A DNA stretch of 64,000 nucleotides. Source: Minisyncoccota bacterium (GTDB taxonomy: Bacteria > Patescibacteriota > Microgenomatia > UBA1400 > PJMF01). How positions within the stretch are numbered: the stretch's first letter is position 1; each line of letters begins with the position of its first letter. Both the position numbers and the translations under genes were made by a program. The stretch is from contig JABHWM010000020.1 in the NCBI GenBank assembly GCA_018657765.1, forward strand, positions 18,786 through 82,785, read 5' to 3'. Positions 58,519-64,000 of the stretch are shown here, piece after piece. The notes beneath the pieces are model-generated. The model ran no database searches. It was given only the letters and a program-made list of their open reading frames with translations, and was not told where the DNA came from.

Positions 58519-59334
58519 ATGTTTAATTTTTTCAAAAAAACCCTTACTGAAGAACAGATGAAACAAATGGATAAAACCATCGAGAAATTCAAGAAAAATC
58601 CTCATCAATTCCGTTTTACAGTCATGTTCTTTATTTCTTCAATAATTTTTGGCTTATTATCGATTTTCCTCTTACAACAAAAATTTTCACTTCTCATGAA
58701 AGAAGGAAAACCAGAAATAAGAGAAATCGTAAAAGAAATATTCGTTACTCCTCCTCCTAAAACTTCTATCACCCCTTCACCAGAGGCCACCTCTGAAGCC
58801 GAAATAATAGAAGAAACTTCTTGGATTCTAGAAAAAAGTGAATCATGTAATGTTTTAATACCGATTTCTCCATACAAAGCTAGTTACGAAGATAATAATA
58901 CTATTACACGAAGCTGGAGCTCTTACTCAATGACTGCTGGGAATGATTTTCCAACTCCCTTCTTAGATATTTTCAATTATGTAACAATTAATATTTTTAA
59001 AAGCAATGAAGATACAAGCGAAAATCCTAGAGGGATGATTTCTATCTATTGTAATAACAATGTAGACAAAATTAGTGATAATGACTTAAAAAATAAGATT
59101 ATCTCTTCAGCCGAAGAGATTGGTCTTTCTATTACTGAAACTGAAGAAGTAGAAAAATGGGATAAAAAATCTACAAAACTTCTATTTTCTGGAGGAAAGT
59201 TTGAGGGGAAAATCTTTTATGCCTTCACAACAGATAAACATCTCTATCTAATTGGTTATGAAAATACTCACAACGACCAACCAGTAATTGATGATACATT
59301 GAGAAGTTTTAATAACCTTATCTTTCTTGATTAA
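58519..59334 (+). CDS. Hypothetical membrane-anchored protein
   Basis: One TM helix (FTVMFFISSIIFGLLSIFLL) and an external domain with no recognised motifs. Confidence 0.55.
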   Translation: MFNFFKKTLTEEQMKQMDKTIEKFKKNPHQFRFTVMFFISSIIFGLLSIFLLQQKFSLLMKEGKPEIREIVKEIFVTPPPKTSITPSPEATSEAEIIEETSWILEKSESCNVLIPISPYKASYEDNNTITRSWSSYSMTAGNDFPTPFLDIFNYVTINIFKSNEDTSENPRGMISIYCNNNVDKISDNDLKNKIISSAEEIGLSITETEEVEKWDKKSTKLLFSGGKFEGKIFYAFTTDKHLYLIGYENTHNDQPVIDDTLRSFNNLIFLD

Positions 59335-59382
59335 AACTTTTCTCTTGACTAATCTCCTATTTTCTTATAGGATACTAAGTAT

Positions 59383-59433
59383 ATGTTAAATATTGCTGTT
59401 ATTTCAGCTCATCACCATACCCTCCTCTGCTAA
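59383..59433 (+). CDS. Candidate His-rich leader peptide (16 aa, MLNIAVISAHHHTLLC)
   Basis: ATG is preceded by AGGA 10 nt upstream. Three consecutive His codons CAT CAC CAT lie at 59410-59418. The stop codon abuts the antiterminator strand. Confidence 0.55.
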   Translation: MLNIAVISAHHHTLLC

Positions 59434-59486
59434 AGTGTGGGATGTGATTGTATTGACATAAATTACCCGCACTTAGCGGGTTTTTT
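59411..59486 (+). promoter_or_regulatory. Candidate transcription attenuator (alternative 1:2, 2:3 and 3:4 helices) controlling hisS
   Basis: Hand pairing. 59411-59422 pairs with 59439-59448 (10 bp, 2 bulges). 59433-59441 pairs with 59466-59474 (9 bp, 1 G-U). 59465-59470 pairs with 59476-59481 and is followed by U6. Confidence 0.55.
59465..59486 (+). terminator. Intrinsic terminator inside the hisS leader
   Basis: ACCCGC-ACTTA-GCGGGT followed by TTTTT. Lies 127 nt upstream of the hisS ATG. Confidence 0.65.
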
Positions 59487-59612
59487 GATGGCTTAAAATA
59501 AAAAGCTATCCTAGAACCTGAAAAAACAGAGGATAAAGAAAAACCTGTAAATAAAAATTAATACAATCAAAGTACAATAAGATTAACGATAATAAGAAAG
59601 AAAAAATATAAA

Positions 59613-60899
59613 ATGAAAAAAAATAAACAACAAGGTGAATTGCAAAGCAAGAGAGGGTACCCTGGGGTATTACTACAACCACTCAAGGGATTCCGTGATT
59701 TTCTGCCTGCAGAAAAACAAGCACGTAACTTTGTGATGGATAAAATAACAGAGACTTTCGAGACTTTTGGTTTTCAACCACTCGAGACACCTACTCTAGA
59801 GTATGCTTCTCTTCTCCTGGGTAAATATGGTGATGAAGCAGATAAACTAGTCTATACATTCGAGGATCGAGGAAACAGAAAAATCGGCCTTAGATATGAT
59901 CAGACAGTTCCTAGTGCCAGAATATTAGCCCAATACCAGGATAAATTACCAAAATACTTCCGTCGTTATCAAATCCAGAATGTATTCCGGGCAGATAAAC
60001 CACAAAAAGGTCGCTATAGAGAATTTACTCAGTGTGACATTGATGTTTTTGGTAGCACTTCTCCCCTGGCAGATGCCGAGATCATGGCTTGTACTTACAA
60101 GGCTTTTCAGAATGTAGGGTTTAATAAAATAATCTTGAAATTTAATGACCGAGAAACCCTAATCAAAACCATAAAGCCTTTTGTTACAGAAACGGTGGAT
60201 GTTTTTTCTATTATTCAAAGCATTGATAAATTAGACAAAATGAAACCCGAAGATGTAGTAGCAGAACTAGTCAAAAAAGGCCTTGAAAAGGCTGATGCAG
60301 AGAAAGCTTTGACATCTATAAAAAATGCTGAAAAATCAGCTAATTTGAAAGAAATTGAACAAAATATGTATGATTTAGGAGTTCCTAAGGAAGCTGTAGA
60401 GTTTTCTCCTATATTAGCTCGTGGTTTGGACTACTACACTGGAGTTATTTTTGAAGTCATAATCCCAGAATATGGAGTTGGTTCATGTGGTGGAGGTGGT
60501 CGTTATGACAAACTTATCAATGATCTAGGTGGTCCAAACATTCCTGCTGTAGGTATTGCTTTTGGTTTCGATAGAATGGTTCAGGCTGCTACAGAACTGG
60601 ACATTATTCCTCAAGACCAAGGTGTGGAAATCTTGGTAGCAAATTTTGATGAGACAGTTCTACCTCAAACTCTTCAGGCAACAAAGAAACTACGAGAACA
60701 AGGAATCCGTACAGAACTCTATCCTGCCTTGGATAAACTAGGTAAACAGTTCAAGTATGCAAGTCAAAATAATATTCCTTATGTCTGTATAGTCGGTGAA
60801 GATGAAGCTAAAAACAATACTATTTCTATCAAAAACATGGCAACTGGAGAGCAAAAAACTCTTGCTTTGACAGAGATCATGAAGTATAGAGAGATTTAA
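59613..60899 (+). CDS. hisS: Histidine--tRNA ligase
   Basis: Class II motifs GFRDFLP, FRADKPQKGRYREFTQCDIDVFG and GGGGRYD, plus a C-terminal anticodon-binding domain. Confidence 0.9.
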   Translation: MKKNKQQGELQSKRGYPGVLLQPLKGFRDFLPAEKQARNFVMDKITETFETFGFQPLETPTLEYASLLLGKYGDEADKLVYTFEDRGNRKIGLRYDQTVPSARILAQYQDKLPKYFRRYQIQNVFRADKPQKGRYREFTQCDIDVFGSTSPLADAEIMACTYKAFQNVGFNKIILKFNDRETLIKTIKPFVTETVDVFSIIQSIDKLDKMKPEDVVAELVKKGLEKADAEKALTSIKNAEKSANLKEIEQNMYDLGVPKEAVEFSPILARGLDYYTGVIFEVIIPEYGVGSCGGGGRYDKLINDLGGPNIPAVGIAFGFDRMVQAATELDIIPQDQGVEILVANFDETVLPQTLQATKKLREQGIRTELYPALDKLGKQFKYASQNNIPYVCIVGEDEAKNNTISIKNMATGEQKTLALTEIMKYREI

Positions 60900-60911
60900 G
60901 TATAAAAGATC

Positions 60912-60934
60912 TTCCTGTAGCAATAGCTATGGAA
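60912..60934 (+). terminator. Probable terminator after hisS
   Basis: TTCCTGTAGC-AATA-GCTATGGAA stem (9 bp with one bulge and one G-U), followed by AGGTTTTTCTTTTT. Confidence 0.5.
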
Positions 60935-60946
60935 AGGTTTTTCTTT

Positions 60947-60975
60947 TTGGTAATTACCAGATACCATGATATAAT
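60947..60975 (+). promoter_or_regulatory. Sigma70-type promoter with extended -10 (TTGGTA-17 nt-TGnTATAAT) for rpmE
   Basis: -35 TTGGTA at 60947-60952, TG at 60967-60968, and -10 TATAAT at 60970-60975. Confidence 0.55.
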
Positions 60976-61047
60976 CTCTTCTCGTCAAGATTGCGTCTAG
61001 TGACAATAATCAAGCGATAGTTTGAAGAAAATTCTTTAAGGAAAAAA

Positions 61048-61431
61048 ATGAAAGCAAATATACATCCAAAATGGCACCATGATTCAGTGGTCACTTGTAG
61101 CTGTGGTAACACCTTTACTACTGGTTCTACAGTAAAAACTATTACTGTTGATATTTGTAGTGCTTGTCACCCATTCTTTACTGGCGAAATGAGATTTGTT
61201 GATAGACAAGGTCGTGTTGATCGCTTCATGGCAAAGATGAAATTAGCAGAAAAGAAAAAAGCCGACGCAAAGAAAAAAGGCAGTAAAGCTGCTCCTGTTC
61301 TAAGTGAAGATTCTCAATCCTATCAAGATATCCTTAGAGATAAAAAATCTTCCATCAAGAAAGCTAAAAAAGCTTCTATTGTAGAAGACACCAAAGTAGT
61401 CGTCAAAAAAGACGAAACTCCAGCTAGTTAG
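61048..61431 (+). CDS. rpmE: 50S ribosomal protein L31 (Zn-ribbon type) with ~55-aa Lys-rich C-terminal extension
   Basis: [26 protein letters not shown] is a canonical CxxC-type L31. 127 aa in total. Confidence 0.85.
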   Translation: MKANIHPKWHHDSVVTCSCGNTFTTGSTVKTITVDICSACHPFFTGEMRFVDRQGRVDRFMAKMKLAEKKKADAKKKGSKAAPVLSEDSQSYQDILRDKKSSIKKAKKASIVEDTKVVVKKDETPAS

Positions 61432-61497
61432 CTCATAAAAAACTTGGTTTGTTCCTCCCCTATTTTTACAGGGTATAATGAGGGATATTCTTTTTGT

Positions 61498-62433
61498 ATG
61501 AAAAACCCTTACGCCCAACAAATTAGCCAACTAGAAGAGAAAATTGCAGAGAATAATACTCTGATCAATGATCCAGAACTTGGTGAACTAGCAAAGCTAG
61601 AAATCACTGACCTGGAATCTCAAAAGAAAATGCTAGAAGAGGCAGCAGAAGATCTCTCACAAAATTCCCAAGACTCAGCCAAAGAAACAGATACTAGTAA
61701 ATCCAATGCTATCTTGGAGATTCGTGGTGGTGCTGGTGGAGATGAAGCAAAAATCTGGGCTAACGATCTGATGCGCATGTACATAAGGTTTATCGAATCT
61801 GTTGATATGAAAGCAGAATATATCGATGATCTTGTGATTAAAATTCGTGGAAAAGTAACTATCGGTGAAGAAAAAATTCATGCTTATGATTTCTTCAAAT
61901 ATGAATCTGGAGTTCATAGAGTTCAACGAGTTCCTAGTACAGAATCTCAAGGTAGAATCCATACTTCAACCGCTTCAGTAGCTGTTTTACCAGAAGTTAA
62001 AGAAAATGCTGTAATTATCCGTGATGAAGACTTAGATTGGCAGTTTATGCGAGCTGGTGGTGCTGGTGGACAATCAGTGAATAAAACCAGTAGTGCTGTG
62101 AGACTTACTCATAAACCAACTGGAATTGTTGTTAATTCTAGACAAGAAAGAAAACAAGTTCAAAATAGACAGATTGCTCTAGAACTACTTAGATCTCAGA
62201 TGTGGGAAATTGAAGAAGAAAAGAAACAAGCAGAACTTGGTAATGCCAGAAAAGCCATTGGTCGCAATATGCGAGCCGAGAAAATCCGTACTTATAACTA
62301 CCCTCAAAATAGAATCACTGATCATAGGATCACTGTTTCTTGGCATAGTTTAGAAGATACTTTGGATGGAAATATTTTGAAAATGCTCACTGATATTCGT
62401 GAGAATATGGAAAAAGAAGAAGATAGTGAGTAA
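61498..62433 (+). CDS. prfA: Peptide chain release factor 1
   Basis: GGQ motif ([19 protein letters not shown]) and the PxT-type tripeptide PST ([17 protein letters not shown]), which indicates RF1. Start placed at ATG 61498; the upstream TTG extension is rejected. Confidence 0.9.
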   Translation: MKNPYAQQISQLEEKIAENNTLINDPELGELAKLEITDLESQKKMLEEAAEDLSQNSQDSAKETDTSKSNAILEIRGGAGGDEAKIWANDLMRMYIRFIESVDMKAEYIDDLVIKIRGKVTIGEEKIHAYDFFKYESGVHRVQRVPSTESQGRIHTSTASVAVLPEVKENAVIIRDEDLDWQFMRAGGAGGQSVNKTSSAVRLTHKPTGIVVNSRQERKQVQNRQIALELLRSQMWEIEEEKKQAELGNARKAIGRNMRAEKIRTYNYPQNRITDHRITVSWHSLEDTLDGNILKMLTDIRENMEKEEDSE

Positions 62434-62638
62434 AAAAGAAAAAAATCTACCAGAACCACAAATCTCTACAGGCACTGTCTTAAAAGTAATCAAAGAAAGA
62501 CCAGAATTTGCCAGGTGGGCTGCTGAAAATCTAGACCACCCTATTTCAAAAGCCTTTGGGGAAGCTATTGTTGATGCTGTTATGGAAGAACCAGCAAAAT
62601 TTGGCCTAGCTATATTAAATAGAAAAAAACGTAAATAA
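62399..62638 (+). CDS. Small hypothetical protein (start uncertain; possible GTG at 62426 overlapping the prfA stop)
   Basis: The helical-looking sequence [36 protein letters not shown] is more protein-like than the antisense ORF at 62350-62691. Confidence 0.35.
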   Translation: MRIWKKKKIVSKKEKNLPEPQISTGTVLKVIKERPEFARWAAENLDHPISKAFGEAIVDAVMEEPAKFGLAILNRKKRK

Positions 62639-63826
62639 CTACTTCTTCTTAATAACCCTATACCGCACCAACTGCGGTAACAAAAACCCAACCATTACTA
62701 TTCCCAGTATCAAAGCAAACTCATTAGGTGAAGTCTTGTCTATTGCGTCCCCTATAAAATAGGATAAAAGAACAAATGGAAGTTCTGAGAGCAACGTCAT
62801 TGTAGAAAGAGCTGTAGCTCTGTTTTTGGAATCGATAAACTCATTAATAATCAGTGATTTTGAGTTCAAAAATGTTGTAGAGCTGACAATTCTCAAAAAA
62901 ATTAAAACCATTCCAAAAAATATTCCTACAAAGTAGGCTCCCAAAAATGAAGCTATAAGAACTAACGAAGCAAGAACAGCTAATTTACCTGCAGAAAGTT
63001 TCTTTCTAATCTGTGGATAAAAATGAGAAGAAAAAGCAGCTATCAAATAACCAGCCCCAAATAACATTCCTACCCCTTTACCCTCTAGGCCATACTCTAT
63101 AGCTTGTGAAATACCCAATATTTTTGAAGCAATAAAATAACCAGCCGTAATTGTAATCATAATAAGTGAAATAGATCTTCTTTTCTGCGTTGAAAAAAGC
63201 TCATGAAATCCTTTCAAGGTTTGCTTTATGTAGCTCGAAAACGAAAAGACTTCTGAATCAATTTTGGGCTCTTCTATGAAAAATGTAATAATCAAAGTGA
63301 TTGCCGTAAAAAAAGTAGTTACGATATATGGGAGAGTTGGGGATATATCAAAAAGAAACCCACCAACAACAGATGAAACAAATAAAGCTAGCCAACTAAG
63401 TACACCATTACGAGATACTACATCAGTAAATCTATCTTTTTGCCCTGATTCTTTTAATGTATCGTATTGCAAAGATTCCAAAGAACCTGACCAAAGTGCC
63501 TGAGAGATACCCTGAATAAATCTAGCAACAAGAAACACCCAAAAAGTCTTTCCCAGAATCATCATTACAAATGAAGTTATTCCAAAAAGTCTTGAGATAA
63601 TCAAAGTTTTTTTTCTTCCAATGATATCTGAAATAGCTCCTGTTGGAATCTCAAAAATACTTCCAGCAATAGTAGAAGCTGCTCCAATAATAGCTACTTC
63701 TCTAAAATCCAAATACTGCAAAAAATAAAACATCCAGATGGCAATTGGAAAATACAGATACCACTGAAACAATAAAATCCAACTTATAAATATATTTTTG
63801 TGTAACTTCTTTGACTGTTTAGACAT
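62639..63826 (-). CDS. MFS-family transporter
   Basis: 395 aa with about 12 TM helices and the loop 2-3 motif GAISDIIGRKKTL (MFS signature). Confidence 0.8.
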   Translation of the reverse strand: MSKQSKKLHKNIFISWILLFQWYLYFPIAIWMFYFLQYLDFREVAIIGAASTIAGSIFEIPTGAISDIIGRKKTLIISRLFGITSFVMMILGKTFWVFLVARFIQGISQALWSGSLESLQYDTLKESGQKDRFTDVVSRNGVLSWLALFVSSVVGGFLFDISPTLPYIVTTFFTAITLIITFFIEEPKIDSEVFSFSSYIKQTLKGFHELFSTQKRRSISLIMITITAGYFIASKILGISQAIEYGLEGKGVGMLFGAGYLIAAFSSHFYPQIRKKLSAGKLAVLASLVLIASFLGAYFVGIFFGMVLIFLRIVSSTTFLNSKSLIINEFIDSKNRATALSTMTLLSELPFVLLSYFIGDAIDKTSPNEFALILGIVMVGFLLPQLVRYRVIKKK

Positions 63827-63896
63827 GAATACTTATTTAGTAAGATATAAAAAAACTAAGGTGGTTTTATTATTTATCTGAAATAGTTTTTGAGTT

Positions 63897-64000
63897 TTAA
63901 AGCTCCTCGATCCCCTTTAATAAAACTTCATCTTCCTCGGTTTCATAATCACCTTTGACCTCTACATCTACAGGAATTCCTTCATCATGAATCCACTCTC
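63897..64000 (-). CDS. 3' end of an unidentified gene (5' part beyond window)
   Basis: The minus-strand frame is open from the window edge to a TAA at 63899-63897 (..EWIHDEGIPVDVEVKGDYETEEDEVLLKGIEEL*). Confidence 0.4.
   Translation of the reverse strand, partial: EWIHDEGIPVDVEVKGDYETEEDEVLLKGIEEL

Noticed and set aside
62350-62691. 113-aa minus-strand ORF overlapping the prfA 3' end and the small + strand ORF
   Set aside because: It has a Cys/Arg/Phe-rich nonsense-like composition and overlaps two better-supported genes. It is treated as spurious.

Overview
AT-rich, very gene-dense bacterial chromosome segment that uses the standard genetic code (TGA is a stop, e.g. at the end of recG). 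The gene content suggests a reduced-genome Patescibacteria/CPR-like organism. The signs are shortened housekeeping proteins, many membrane-anchored hypothetical proteins, a heavy type IV pilus investment with no secretin, and only folate/C1 and salvage metabolism. This taxonomic call is inference only.

Content, in order:
- pheT 3' end, an O-antigen-ligase-like protein, PBP1A, tyrS and recG.
- A pilX-like/pilM/pilN/pilO block.
- rpsP, a KH-domain protein, rnc, an ACP-like ORF, nusB and rpmF.
- A probable operon from about 14.2 to 21.0 kb encoding four uncharacterised envelope or secreted proteins plus a prepilin. Two of the four are tandem paralogs, and one carries a 20-Cys N-terminal module.
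- A convergent pilin/pilD/pilA/pilC/pilT/pilB operon.
- holB-like, gyrB, ppaC and gyrA.
- tRNA-Ala(GGC), then a Xer-type tyrosine recombinase sitting in about 2.5 kb of ORF-free AT-rich DNA that carries dif-like 11-6-11 palindromes.
- YebC, tsf, rpsB, folD, nfo, glyA, a PRT, an RluA-family synthase, lspA and lgt.
- tRNA-Leu(CAA) next to a duplicated, decayed copy of its own 3' end.
- dnaB, an MBL-fold hydrolase, an M24 peptidase, a GNAT, hisS, rpmE, prfA and an MFS transporter.

No rRNA gene, CRISPR array or transposase was seen.

The most interesting signals:
1. A 16-codon leader ORF with three consecutive His codons, followed by hand-foldable antiterminator and terminator helices, upstream of hisS.
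2. The uncharacterised surface-protein operon fused to the pilus locus.
3. The Xer, dif-like repeat and 1.8 kb non-coding island.

All family calls come from motif recognition by eye. No database search or folding program was run.
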